Shown: positions 13,096 through 25,789, numbered from the stretch's first letter. The stretch is 64,000 bases of DNA from Vicugna vicugna (GCA_013265495.1 MU058781.1:9529009-9593008), one strand, 5' to 3'. Made by a program: numbers and translations. Notes: generated by a model from the sequence alone, not told the origin.

Positions 13096-13779
13096 AGTAC
13101 TTGAACTCATATTTTTGACTTCAAGTTCAGGGCTCTTGTTGCTTCACAGTCGTGCCGCAGGGTGATACTGCTGGTGATGATGATGTGTGTGCATTGAGAT
13201 ACCCCACTCTTCAGTCACGGGTCCTGAATTGGAATCTTGGGTCCTGAGTCTGTTTCTGCTCCGTGCCCAGCATAGTGGTAGGGATGGAAATGTCTGAATT
13301 GATTTCAAATCTGATTCCTTTGCCTCCCATCTCATCTTTGTTTTTAATAGTTACCGATGCACCACCCTTGCTGTTCTTACGACACAGTCTCACGCTGTTT
13401 GTGTGGTTGTTGTGTGTCCCTCATCACTGTTCTTCCTGCTGCCATCTGTCTGTCCATCCGTCTATCCATCCATCCAGGAGAGCCAACTTCATGCTGTGTC
13501 TGTGACCTGGAGGTTCTCACTGCCCCCAGAATTCACTGTCCCTATGAACATCTCCACAGAGAATTCTCTGGCTTCAATATTCTGTAAGTCTCATATGTAT
13601 GCATGTTGTGTTGGGTCCCAAACCCTAGATATCAGGCTGCCCAGCAACTGCATTTTGTCCTCCGTTTTCACACATTACTGAATCTGTGGTGGGAATGATT
13701 CTGTCTGATGGTCTAGCTGTCAGTCCTGCACTGTATTAGCTTGTCCCAATGACTGACTTTATTTAAAGAGCCTTGTTCC

Positions 13780-14340
13780 CTCGTAGGGTATGTCCTCCCA
13801 AGTTTTTGTTCTTGAAAAATTTTGTACTCTTTGCCTTTTGGTTTTCTGACTTAGGATTGGGCTTGTCGTGGTCCGCAAAACAGCATTTTTATTGATTGCA
13901 TTTAATTTGTAGATTATTTGGGGGAGAATTGAGATTTTTCAGTTTTGAACCTATCCATTCATGAGTTAATTATCTGTCTCCACTTACTGTAATTTTCTTT
14001 TCTTTTTAAGACAGTGGTCTTACAGTTCTTTAAAAAAATTTTTTTCTGTTGTACATGGTTTTATGATTTTTTGAACAATTTTAATGATTTATAGCAATGC
14101 TTCTAATTCTTTTCTGTTCAATATATACCCAGGGACCTTGTTAAATGTTTCTTTTATTTTTTGATTGTTAGATTTTCTGTGTAGACAGCGTGTAGTCTAC
14201 CAATAACAACAGTTGAAAAAAATTCCTTTCTGGTTATTCACCTATTACATTATGACTGTTATTTTGTTGGTTAGGACTTTAGTACAATGTTGACTAAAAG
14301 GAGTTATAGAAGATCCTTTTTTCTGATTTTAATGTTTTAT
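13780..14340 (-). mobile_element. Degraded L1M ORF2 (RT region) fragment
   Basis: gattgcatttaatttgtagattatttgggggagaattgagattttt and ttagattttctgtgtagaca...tctaccaataacaacagtt. Confidence 0.7.
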
Positions 14341-14799
14341 CAATTCTTGCAATGTTACAGTTTTTCATATTAAAGTTGTAAACTTGAACTACATCAAGAC
14401 ATCAACTATAAATTTACCTTTTTGTAAAATTTCCATCCTCTAATGGTAAGTACCACTTAGATTATGTTTCTTTGTTTTCTCAAAGTTCACATAGCTGTAT
14501 CTATTCCTGAATATACACATTCACACACACATATTGCAAAATAACATCTTTATGTATTAATCTTCATCTGTTTTTTACATAACAACAGATCAAGGATAAC
14601 TTTATAACTTAGCATATTTATAGGAGCCATTCTTTTTAAGGCTAAGTAATATATCTTGCTTGGGTGTATCATCCATCTATCAGTTTCCCTATTAGTGTAC
14701 AATTAGGTTTCTTCCTTTGTGTCCTCCCTCCCTCCCTCTCACTCTATATAAGTATATGTATACACACTCGATGTTTGGGTTTACTAAGTATCGTGTTCT

Positions 14800-15260
14800 T
14801 TTGTTTTCTGTGTGTCCTATAAATTGGTAGTTAGGTTTAGAGCTGAACTGTCCAATAAAATAGCCATATATGAATATTTAAAGCTAATTACAGTTAAATG
14901 AAATTAAAATTTAATTCCCCAGTTGCACTAGCCACATTTCAGATGTGTAATACTTACATGTAGCTGGCGGCTACTGTATTGGATAACAAATATGCAGTGT
15001 TTTCGTGATCACAGATCTCTTGGACAGCACTGGTCTAGAGATTTGCTTGGATTTAGATTTTTGTGAGAAGGGGGCAAGAATTATCAGTAATGTGTTCTTC
15101 CATCAGGAGGCTTGTGATATCTAGTCATCTTTTTATGATCTTAACAGCCATTGATAATCATCATGACCCAGTTGGATTATTTCTTTAGGATTTCCAAATG
15201 GGCAGTGTACTAATTCCTCAATTATTAGCTGTGATAACTTCGATAAAGAGAAACTACAGA
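14800..15260 (-). mobile_element. L1MC4-like 3' UTR fragment, host of the MER3 insertion
   Basis: aaattggtagttagg|...tgttcttccatcaggagg...cagccattgataatcat...attagctg...ataaagagaaact. Confidence 0.75.
14843..15032 (-). mobile_element. MER3 (hAT-Charlie MITE), full length
   Basis: Ends ctgaactgtccaata...ttggacagcactg, internal gcactagccacatttc. 8-bp TSD gtttagag (14835-14842) / gtctagag (15033-15040). Confidence 0.9.
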
Positions 15261-15269
15261 GCTATGTAA

Positions 15270-16700
15270 TTCAAAATTCTATTGGCATAAATGGTTTAGG
15301 TTCTCTTATTTTAATCTCTCTCCTGTCTTTATATGGTTTTATCCTTCCTGATATAGTTTACTTATGCTTTCTCTTTTTTCTTAACCTTGCCAGAGCATCA
15401 TATCTTAATTTTTTAGAAAAGCTTCTGGCTTACTTGGTCATTTCTGTATTTCATTTATGTATTTTTTAGTATCTTTATTGTTTCCTTCCTTCTACTTTGT
15501 GCATATTCTTTTTCATCTTAAGTTGGATAATTAACTCATTATTTTTCATTCTTCTCCCATTTAAAGATTTAAGTATCTCTATTTTCTATTTCGACTTTAA
15601 ACTTCAAGAACAAGTTCTATATGCTGTGGATTCTTTGAACTGTTATTGAGACATCATGTTTCACTTAGTACAGTATCAACTTTAGTAACTGCTTCATATG
15701 TATGTAGAAAGAATGGATATATACTAGCTTCTGACTACTGGTTTCTATGTGTATTTTTGATACATAAATAAATCTTTTATAATTGTTCACATCATTACTA
15801 ATATTTTCCTTGCTTAATAGTGTTCTACATAGGTGTGTTAAAATCTTTATCGTTTTGGGCTTGACAAGCTCTCCCCACAACTCTGTTAGTTTTTATTTTC
15901 CTTTTTAAGGCTGTATCTTTCAGTGAACCCAAGCATCTGATGGTTACAAATTCATAAATTATTCCTTTTATTATGTAGAGTCGTTCTTTAACCTTTAGAT
16001 GTTTTTCCCTTAAATTCTACTTTTTCTGATATTGGTATCAAAATGGTGCTTGAAGTTTGTATTTGCCTGGTGTATCTTTTCTGATCCTACATATTCAGTC
16101 TTTCTTGGAGTGGTGTTTTGGATTTCTCTTTTGATCCTGCATCGGATTCTCTTTTATTGTGTTTTGGAAATTCACACTTACTGTAATTACATACCTATTT
16201 TGACTTATTTCTACCCGCTTAAAACTTAGTCATTCCTATTTGCCATTTTTTTCCTGCCCCCCTCCCCCCATTTGCTGATGTGACTCCATAGAACTTCTGC
16301 TGATATTTTTCCCTCTCTGTTGGACTGGAAGGCATAGATGAAATTTCTAGTGTTTTCCAGTGATTGCTTTTAAATGTTTAATATCCTTTGTATTATATAA
16401 CTATAAATTTTTCTAAAAAAAAACTATATGCTTACTTATCCAGTTTACCCTCCTCTTGAATGTGAAAAACACTTTAGCATGTCTTAACTCTCCATTAAAC
16501 AGTGCCCCTCAACTTGTTTTTATTGGCCTGGATTTTTAACTTTACCCAGTTTAGCTTCAATTGGTTATTACTTTCTCAGTCAATCAAATCACTGATATTT
16601 TGCCAATTTTTGGTTTATTTTCCCATTTTTTTAAAATCCCTTGGATTCACTTTTTATTTTACTGAAGTACATTCTTTAATACTTGCTTTTGATTTTTGTT
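15270..16700 (-). mobile_element. Highly degraded L1ME ORF2 5' part
   Basis: T-rich L1-like motifs such as ttgtttccttccttctacttt, gtgtgttaaaatct and gtatttgcctggtgtatcttttt. Confidence 0.55.
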
Positions 16701-16759
16701 TTAGCATAATTTTTCTTAGGGCTCACCCCCCCCTGTTTTCTAAAGGAGACATTTAAAAG

Positions 16760-17345
16760 TTATTTGGTAGAAAGAATACACACACCCCTAAACACATACT
16801 ATATATATATGTATTATGAAGCATAATATTAAATGAATACCTGGTAACTTACCACAGGCGTTTCTAATGCAGTTCAGTTTACCTGAGTTTAATCCCTTAC
16901 TTCCTCCCGAGAGGAAACCACTGGTCTGAGTTGAGTCTTACCCTTTTGCCTTTAAAAACACACACATTTGGTTTTTAAAAATAGGTTTAAATTGGTTTTA
17001 AAAATAGATTTAATATATTTAGATTTGCTTATATTAGAACTTCGTAGTACTATGAGCACATTGTAGGTAGTCTTCTGTGACTTGTTCTTCATTCAAAATA
17101 ATGCCTCTCAGATTCATCAGTGTTACCCGTAGCCACAGTTTTTCTACTGTAGCTATGAATGTTACATTCTACATATACTGCAGTGTATTTGTTCTCCCAT
17201 TAGTGGTGTTGTGTTTCCACTGTTTGCTATCAGGAGCAGTGCTTTTATGGACATTGTTGTGCCTGTCAACTGAAGTATGGATTTCAGTGTTTCTCTAGGG
17301 CAGTACACCTTGGAGGGAACCTGCTTGCTTATGGACTATGCTCAG
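16760..17345 (-). mobile_element. L1ME-like 3' UTR
   Basis: gtagtcttctgtgacttg...agattcatcagtgtt...tttccactgtttgctat...gtttctctagggcagtacacct. Confidence 0.7.
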
Positions 17346-17683
17346 TGACCTGTCAGGTGTCAGATTCAACCACGATTACCTTGGATAGCTCTGGATTCCA
17401 GCATCCTGTGCTTTACTCTCTTGCTAGTGGGCATTTTTGGTCTGATTCTGATCAGTAAAGATGTTTATGAGTTTTGTCCCTTGGGACTTCTCTTTGAGTG
17501 TTGTATGGCACCATCATATGAAATCACCATCATTTCACTTGAAATGTTTAGTGGTCAGAATGGAGACCCTTCGTGGAATTTTAAGGTTGAATCCTTCGTA
17601 TGATGAAGCTAGAGTTTTCACAAATTGTGTTTTTGTCTGTAAGAAATGAAGATGCAGCTCTACTATTTTGAGTTTAATATATA

Positions 17684-17990
17684 TGATTATTTTCCAGCTG
17701 AGGGTGATTTTTGTCCCCAGGGCATTTGCCAGTGTCTAGAGACACTTGATTGTCATGAACAATAGTGGGTTGAAGATACTACTTAAATCTAGTGTCTGGA
17801 GGTCATGGATGCTGCTAAACATCCTATAGGACAATGAGCAGGATGCCTCCCCCACAACAAAGAAATGCTTGGTCTGACATGTCAGTGGCACTAGGGTAAA
17901 AATAAAGCTAAGCCTACAGTGTATAGGACAGCCTCCCATAACAAAGAATTCTTTGGTTCAGTGTGTCAGCAGTACTAGGGTAAGAAACTG
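17684..17990 (+). mobile_element. MER20 (hAT-Charlie) with duplicated 3' segment
   Basis: gggtgatttttgtccccagggcatttgccagtgtctagagaca...ggatgctgctaaacatcct...cacaacaaagaa matches MER20. The 3' ~85 bp is repeated at 17907-17990. Confidence 0.9.
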
Positions 17991-20599
17991 ACGTACGTGA
18001 GGGTGATCTGTCATTGTGTTCTGGAAGTACCAACACTAAATTTGACATAGTCACAACATTTTTTGCTTTTTCTTCTCATGTCACATCTTTGGAAGTGTAT
18101 GTTGGGAATGCCTCGGTAAAAAAGTTAAACAGATTCCTGGTATAATTTCTATGAAGTGCTTAATTAGTGCGAAATGAAAGATTACTTATCAAGAAGTAAC
18201 CTGTACTGATCTGCTCAGCAATATGAAAAAAGCCGACACATAGAACATTTCTATTTCTGTATATGCTGGTGGGCGTTTTCCCCTAGGCTATTGCTCCTCA
18301 TTCCTGACCAAAGGCTGGGAGGAGTCCATTCCTGCATGTCAGGAACATCTGGCTGTGGGGTGGCGGGTTTTGTCCATGGGTTTCACTGACTGTGGGGGTG
18401 GAAAAACAGGTCATACCTCCCACTACTCATTGGCCCCAGCTCAGCTGTAGGACTACTCAATAAATGTGAGTGAACAGGAAGTTCCCAAGTCTGATTGGCT
18501 TCCTTTTGGTTCCAGGTCTCTCCTGGTCCAACTGCTGAAACCTGAGAGTGGGCTCTGATGGAGGGAGGGAGGTGGGGGATGGAGGAAGGGCAGAGAACAG
18601 CCGAATGTAATCAGCGTTTTTATTACCGTCCTCAGGAAGTAGAAATGGGGGGGGGGAAGAAAAGTGGGTTGGAGCAAGGAAAGTTAATTATGTGAGGTTA
18701 TTTGACAGGAAATTACTAAATACAAACAGACAGAAGAAACACATTTTAAAGCAGGGTAGGAAATCTCAAGTTACTTCCCTGTGTGTATTCAAAACCTCCA
18801 AAGCAAATTCTGAAAATAGCCATTTAAACAAAAGCTATCTTATCTGATAAAAGTATTTCAAACACAAAGGAAAATTTATATATTGGGCAAGCAGTCTTAA
18901 AATAAACCGATTCTGTTGATAGCCTTGCAGATTTAATAGGGGGAAAACCCTCCTCAGATGTCTATATTTATCTTGTAAATGTTTTGAATTTGTTTTGAAT
19001 CTGCCATTTCACTTCTGTCAAGGTGTGTGTGTGTCTCATCCTGGAAAACTGGGTGTGTGTGAAATGAAATGAAAAGTACCTATGTGCGTTTCTTTTTAGT
19101 ATGTCAGAACTTTTTTTTTTTTTTTTTTGGTGCATGTGGTATTATCAGTTTTTCCAGAAGAGCATTATGTCAATAAAGCATAGAACTCAGAAAGTGTTAC
19201 CTAAAATATTTATTTCCAGAGGTCTTATATTTTAAATGTTTTAATTATTCTGTGATTGAGTGATATAATATCATTTGTTGTTGCTTTGCAGCAGTTGGGG
19301 AAGCTTGCAGAATTTTTGTAAGCTAGCCAGATGTATTTGATTGTTTCCATTTAGAAGTCGAGTGATAAAGCAGCGGGGACCTTTTTCTACCCTTGATTAC
19401 TTCTGGTCTCTAATGGCCTACTGCTAAGGAGTCCTGGGTGCAGACCTAGAAAGCGGTGCCAAAAATGGCTGTTGAATATTCTGGCCCTTTTAGCTAAGAT
19501 GGCCATTCCCCCCTATTTCCCCTAAAATAGGCATGCACACGTAATTATACATGTTGATTATAGAATTATTATACATTATTATACATGTTTGTGGAATTTA
19601 CAGGGAAATGTTGAAGACAATTTATTTTCTAGCTCTCCCTTGTGAGATTCTCTAAGGACTTTTTAAAATTTTAAATAGTTGAGATATTAAGAGCCGTGTC
19701 ACAGAAATACAGCCTGGGTGAATGTAAAATTGCACAGTCTGTGGATAAAGTTACACAATCCAAGTTAGTTCAAAGAAAAAGCAATATTTTGAAAACGTAA
19801 ATGGAGCTCAAAGTCTGCATTCCTTTTAAAAGGCCAACACCTGTGGAAGGAATGCAGGTTGTTTCCACTTGACCTTCAACTGTGGAGCTGGGCAAGGTAC
19901 TTAGATATTATGGTGATCAAGTAGGAGCACTTATCGCCATTGCAAAGTCCCAGGGGGCAGCACCTGTCCCGTCTGTTGTCAGGAAGGGGAAATATGGCAA
20001 ACAGGAATAGTCAGAGTGCTTTGAGCTTGCTTTGTAGACCACTCAGTCACATAGTGATGAATGAGTGGGTGTAGATAATGTGAAATAAGCCATAACCTCT
20101 CTAAGCAATCAGGCTTCCATTTTGCAAGTCCTGGGAAGCCCCAAGATGAGACAGTGTTAGAACACTTTGCCCAAGTCCACTGTGAGTCGTCATCAAGGGT
20201 AGACATCACTGATGTTCCAGACAGAGAGTCTCATCATGCATAAATAATGCCTTTGGTTGAAATTAGCTGCCTCGAGTGGTGTTTCTACTCCTTCAGGTTA
20301 CTTGCACTTGGTCAGCAGTTTACTGTGGTGTCTGAAGGAGTAAATGCTCAGTTCAACATCAGAAAGAAAGTTACACAGAGAACATGCTTTTAGAACAAAG
20401 CATTTATTAGTCCACACTACTTCTGATGCAAAAGTATGGAGGTCTGGCCCGTTTGTTGTTTATTCGTCAATTCTTTATTCATGTGTTCAAATATTCCTCA
20501 GTTGCCTCCCGTGTGCCCAGAACTTGTCAAGGCTCGGGACACCATGCTGAGCCGGAGCTGATGCACTCTGCACTTCCTAGAGCACCAAGTTCACTGGCA

Positions 20600-20735
20600 C
20601 ATGGCCATGCCTCCCCTGCAGCCCGCTTTGTGATCTTGGGCATGGGACTATTTCTCTCTACCTCTGTTTCTTTGTACAAATGGAATAGTTTTCCCAGGTG
20701 ACCTGTAAGATCCTGTTCAGTGCTAATATTTTCTG
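20600..20735 (+). mobile_element. MIR3-like SINE fragment
   Basis: tgtgatcttgggca...cctctgtttctttgtacaaatgg...aagatcctgttcagtgctaa. Confidence 0.55.
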
Positions 20736-21203
20736 GATATATGCTTTTGCTGTCAAATATTCCTCTCCCCGGGACCCTAGCTTGGTGTTCCAGCTAGTGC
20801 CTGAATAAGGTGGTACCGAATAGATCAGCGTAGATAATTATACTCAAATCAGAATCATTGATTTGATTTCCATGTGGGCTAGTTATATTTCCCGAGTACA
20901 TACCACTTTGGTCTTTTCCAGCTGTTTGACTGGCTCATGTATACACGAAGTTTCCTAAAACTCAAGGTTAATTTCCACAGATGCTGCAAACATTTCAACA
21001 GTCCTGAGGCATGGTCTTCAAACACAGAAGATCATTGTCATATGTACTCCTTTGATGAGACATGAGCCCAGGGCATTTGGATTGTTTTTAGCTCAAATTC
21101 AGTACGAGCTGACAGAACTCTGCTTTAGAGACAGGGTTATTGAAGTTTGGATCTTCCACAATTTAATATTGGTAATGCTGATGAACTCAACCATTAATTA
21201 TGT

Positions 21204-21372
21204 CAGCTGGTTTTGTAAATAAAGTTTTATTGGAACAAACCCATGTTCACCCATTCACAGATTGTTTATGGCTGCTTTTGGGTCACAAGATCATAATTGA
21301 GTCATTGAGACAAAGACAAAACCCAAAATATTTGCTGTCTGGCCCTTAATAGGAAAAGTTTGCTGATATCTG
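21204..21372 (+). mobile_element. MER58A (hAT-Charlie), 5' end missing
   Basis: ttttgtaaataaagttttattggaaca...tatggctgcttt...aaaatatttgctgtctggccctt...aaaagtttgctga. Confidence 0.9.
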
Positions 21373-22799
21373 GATTGTAGGATATACTTGGAGAATTTGA
21401 AGCCTCAAATTTTAGTTCTTAAGGTTGTATAGGGCCATAATGTATTTTTTATTTTTCAGGAATCATAGTTTGCATTTTTGTAACATGCTTGTGAGGAATG
21501 AGCCTTGTTAATTTGTAACCTTTTGATTCCATGTGATGGAGATTTGGGGGTGCTTGTTAGTGTCTGTGAGTAGCTTTGTCTGCTTTAAAAGCTGGGAACC
21601 CTAAATTATTGCTAAAGCATTTTATTCTGTTCAATAATTGGTCCTATGGAGCCCAAGAGCCTAGCTTTCTTCTCATTTCAGCTATGAGGAGAGATGAGAC
21701 AAAACTTGAGTTGTGTAAGCCGTGGGAGACATGTTCATGCTCCTCCTGCGTCGCTTCCTCTGTGTGTGGTTTAGGGAGCTCTAGGTTGGTGTGCCTGGCC
21801 TCCAGGAGTGCTGAAGTCAGAACTGAAGAAAGCTGGGATCAGGCTCAATTCTGGCCGTCCATCCATCCATTCATCCAGGGAGCTGAAATGCAATGCCTCT
21901 GACTCAGCTTGGAAAGCTGAGTCCTCTAAGTGTCGGTGTGGTGAGTGGATGGCAGGGAGTGAACGACGGAGGTTGGTCTTCAGCATTGTCTCGGGGGTTC
22001 AGAATGGGTTTGTGTAGACCTGACAGTTCCATTTTAAAAGGACTTAGAGGTGCGGAACAGAGCTCCTCAGTAAATGTTTACTACAACAGAAAACATAACA
22101 TTAAGGGGGAAAGAAAGTTTTAGGATCAAGCAAGGTTGCTTTGGAGTTCAAATTTGCTTTCTGTGACTAGTCCTAACAATTTCTGACTAAATACTGGTTT
22201 ATTTAATATAAACCCCTTAGTAGTTGGAGTGAATCAAAGAGACATTTGACTTGAGGCTTCATGTTTGTAGCCAAAGTACTGGAAATTCTTAGTGTACCTG
22301 GCCTGCTTCTATTGAGCGCCTAGTATATATGGGTATGTTTCCTGCCCTCTTGGGGCTTACAGTCTATTGGAAGTGATTGAGAGGTTAAGATACTTTCCTA
22401 AAAAGGTGATCAATGTCCCAACTCCCCTTGAAAAAAAAAAAGATCAAGAAACCCAGTAAGACATGTAGTGGACCATAACGATATGGTTGGGGGGGTACCA
22501 ATTTGGAAAAGGGGGAGTAGGGACAGGGCTGTTCAGAGAGAGTTCCTGGAGAAGGAGAATGTTTTATTCTGAGCATCCCTGGGGATACTGTTTGTCTTAG
22601 AAGGGGCAAGTGTGAAAGCACAGATCCAGGCCTCAGAGGAAGGGCTGGGGAACTCCCCACCCACCACTGTCCACCTTCACCCACTTGAGTTTTTCCCTCC
22701 ACCTGGTCCTGTCTGAGACGAGACAGACATTTCCAAGGACCCTGGTTGTGTAAGACAAACAGCTTCCGTCCTAAGAGTGAGATGGATTAAGTCATACCC

Positions 22800-23960
22800 T
22801 GTTGTGACCCAAACCGCAGTGCACAGTGTCACCACTGAACTGGACAGATGACTGAGTCAGGAGTGCCCCCCGACCCCCAAACTTAGAACCTGGCCTGGCT
22901 TTCCGTGATTGGTTGTGCTCCTTTCCCTGGCATTCTATAGAATCCTTCTTCCCAGGAGATTTTTATAATTAAGTGAGATAAATAAAGGCAGGAAGTCTGT
23001 AATAAAGTACTAACTTCCATGGATGCCAGATTAAGGGGAAAAAAAACAGCCCACAGAGTAACACAGTGTGGTGGGAAGAGATCAAAGGGCAGCGTCTGAC
23101 GGGCTGGCACAGGGCTTCTTTCCCAGGCCGTCCACATCCTGCCCTTCCGCGCGGAGGCCAGTGGAGGAGGAAGTGGTGAGCAGAGGCTGAGGGAGTGTGG
23201 TTCTCAGGGATGCGGCCTCAGTTCGGGGCTCCGGCTGCCTGCCTCCGTGGACGACAGGGATAAGCGCACATCTGCTTGTGTTCACAAACATGGCTCCAGG
23301 AGACTGGGTTTTAAGTTACCCCTCCTGCCGCTGCTAACATCCCCATAATCCTGGAAAGATGTCAGGGACAGATAGGGCTCTCCCCTCCAAGGTCTATCTG
23401 ACAACCCCGTATCAAATAGCTGGAGAGCCTGGGGATTGGGTTGCAGCAGGAATACCCTCATCTTGATTTCATTGTTTTCCCTCTCCCTAAAAGGGTGGGA
23501 TTGGATTTGAAGGTGGGAGGAGAATCTGCACTGGGGTTGCTGACACCATGTAAGGAAAACCTCAGAGGCCTCGATTCCCATTTGGAGGGCTCAGCAAAAA
23601 AGGCCAGCAAAACAAGCCTGCCTCTGTTCCATAATCCTCACCACCGGATCACACAAAGGCAGGCAGGCAGGCAGGCAGGCAGCAGCTGCTGCGGAGGGGC
23701 TGGTGCTGTTCTGATGAAGGGAAGCTGCATGTTGGTTTAGCTGAGCTCTGGGATTGTTACCTGTAAGTGCAGGCAGGCCAAGTGACTGCAGCTCTGACTG
23801 GGGGGCGTGGCGACCCCTCCCATGTCGGGCTATCAGCGCTCTGAATGTCCAGAGGAGCTGGGGGTTTATGCTTCCTTTGTGGTCTTTCTGAGCTTCTGTA
23901 GATATACTTAGCAATGACAATGCTGGTTTGGGAATTTCCCCGGGATGGGCCAGGACTTGT
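22800..23960. promoter_or_regulatory. Candidate enhancer or alternative promoter
   Basis: No recognisable repeat, locally CpG-retaining. AP-1 tgagtca 22853, ETS caggaagt 22989 and gaggaagtg 23167, TCF/LEF agatcaaaggg 23079, RUNX tgtggtt 23196, KLF/SP ggggcgtggc 23802, NF-kB gggaatttcc 23930. Confidence 0.45.
23657..23680 (+). repeat. (AGGC)6 microsatellite
   Basis: Read directly from the sequence. Confidence 0.95.
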
Positions 23961-24249
23961 TTCCAAAATAACACCTTTCAAAGCATGCAGAGACTTTTAG
24001 AAATTAGATAATTGTGTGATATTTATAAAATGAATTACGTTATGCTAACAAAGTCTGGGCAGCTGTTTCTTATGCTTAAGTAAATAACACCTTATGATTC
24101 ATGAAGGTTGGGGGTGGGAAAAGACCTTTTTTAAAGTGGCTACTTCACAGCTGAGTCTTTGCAAAAATTTTAGACAGACTCACAAAGAAGGTAACAGTTT
24201 GAAGATAAAATGTTTATGTCTGGGTGTGCATAACATGTTCTGTTGCCCT

Positions 24250-24560
24250 ATTTCGTTCATAAGACACTTACTGAGCATTTAAAATATGCTTATGCATGTA
24301 TGCAGAGAGACGGAGATAACGCTTTATTGCTCTTGTCCGCGGTGAGTTCTCAGTCTAGTGAGGGAGGCAGACGTATAAACAGATAATTGCAATACAGTGA
24401 GCTAAGTGCTAACAGAAGGATGAAAGAAATGCTATAATGGTATGAGAGATGTATCCACTTACAGTGCAAATGGAGAGGAGGCAACAGTTTCCCAGGGGAA
24501 GTGATATTTGAACAGCATGTGATAGAAGAGAAAGAATCTTGAAAGCAGAGAAGGATATTG
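24250..24560 (-). mobile_element. L2 3' fragment
   Basis: cacttactgagc...tctcagtctagtgagggaggcagacgtataaacagataattgcaatacagtg...aagtgct. Confidence 0.75.
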
Positions 24561-24579
24561 TCTTCTTTAGGCTTCTCCT

Positions 24580-24888
24580 ATTCCCCAGCCTCCTCTGAAC
24601 CCCAGGGCCTTTGCACATTCCTTTCCTTCTGCCTGAAAAGTTGCTCTCAGCTCTTCTCCCTGGTTCAGTCCTTTAGATTCCAGATCCCATGTTACTTCCT
24701 CAGGCAAGTCTGACTTCTAAGTCAATTTCTTCCTATGAGAAGAGCTCACCTTTAGAGTGGTTATCACAGCTGTGCTTTGACATGATTTGCATGATTATTT
24801 GAATGATATCTTTTCCCCACTAGGCAGAGACTGTCTTTTTGTTCAGCTTGGTTTCTTGACTAAATATTTGTTGAGTGAATTACATGAA
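24580..24888 (+). mobile_element. L2 3' fragment
   Basis: cagggcctttgcacattcctttccttctgcctgaaa...ccccactaggcagagactgtc...aaatatttgttgagtgaat. Confidence 0.8.
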
Positions 24889-25789
24889 GCGCATTCCAGG
24901 TATGAGGAAATACTGTGTGTTCAACAAAGGGCAAGTAGCTGGATATGTTGGATCTTGGGGTATGCAGACTGGAGGAGGCAGAAATTTAGGTCACTTTAAG
25001 GAACTTTGGAGTCCTGAGCTTCTGTTTGTGTACAAGCTCAGTTAATATTTTTAAACATCAAGACATTTCGAAGATCTGCCTTTCAGTTATTACAGTATCA
25101 TTATCAGATAGTTTAAGTTGAAGGTGAAGTGTTAAAAATATTTTAAAAATAAAATATTTTTGTATTTTAGGGGCTTAAAATTGTTTGTAATTTAGGGGCT
25201 TAAATAGATACAACTTAAAACTGTGATTAAAGTATAACTTATGTACAGAAAAATACATGGTTCGTAACTGTACACCTGGGTGAATGATCATGAAGTGAAA
25301 ATACATACAAGTCCCACACAAGTCAAGAAGTGGGTCTGCGCTCTGGAGCCTGAACTGTGGGAGTAGGGGTGTGCTGCATTGGAAAGGAAAAGATGAGGTG
25401 GATGATCCTTGGCCAGGCTGGAAGAAAACGCAAGCCTTCTGGAGAAGAGAGGAGAAGGATTTTCATTGTGCTTCCAGGCTCACTTATGAGGAAGTAGAGA
25501 GGGAGGGATGTAAAGCCCACCCCCTCCTCATGCATCCCCCAGCCGGGCAGGAGTGTGGAGTGGAGGGTGAGCTGCAGAGGAGCAGCTCAGGTCTTATCCA
25601 GGAAACCTTGACTCCTGGCTCACTCCTCACCCGGAACCCTGCTTCCTTCGCCCTCCCATTGGTGTGGAGCGGAGGTTTGAGTTTAGATCTTGTCACCCCC
25701 AGCATTCTGCAGGGAATGGCGTTGACTTAACCAGCTTCAAGCTCACAGGTGGCTTCGGGGGTCACCTATAACGAGATGGTGCTGGTACC

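Noticed and set aside
19270..19325. Possible microexon between ttgctttgcag and gtaagc
   Set aside because: Poor exonic donor context (TTT|gt) and length not a multiple of 3; unsupported without RNA data.
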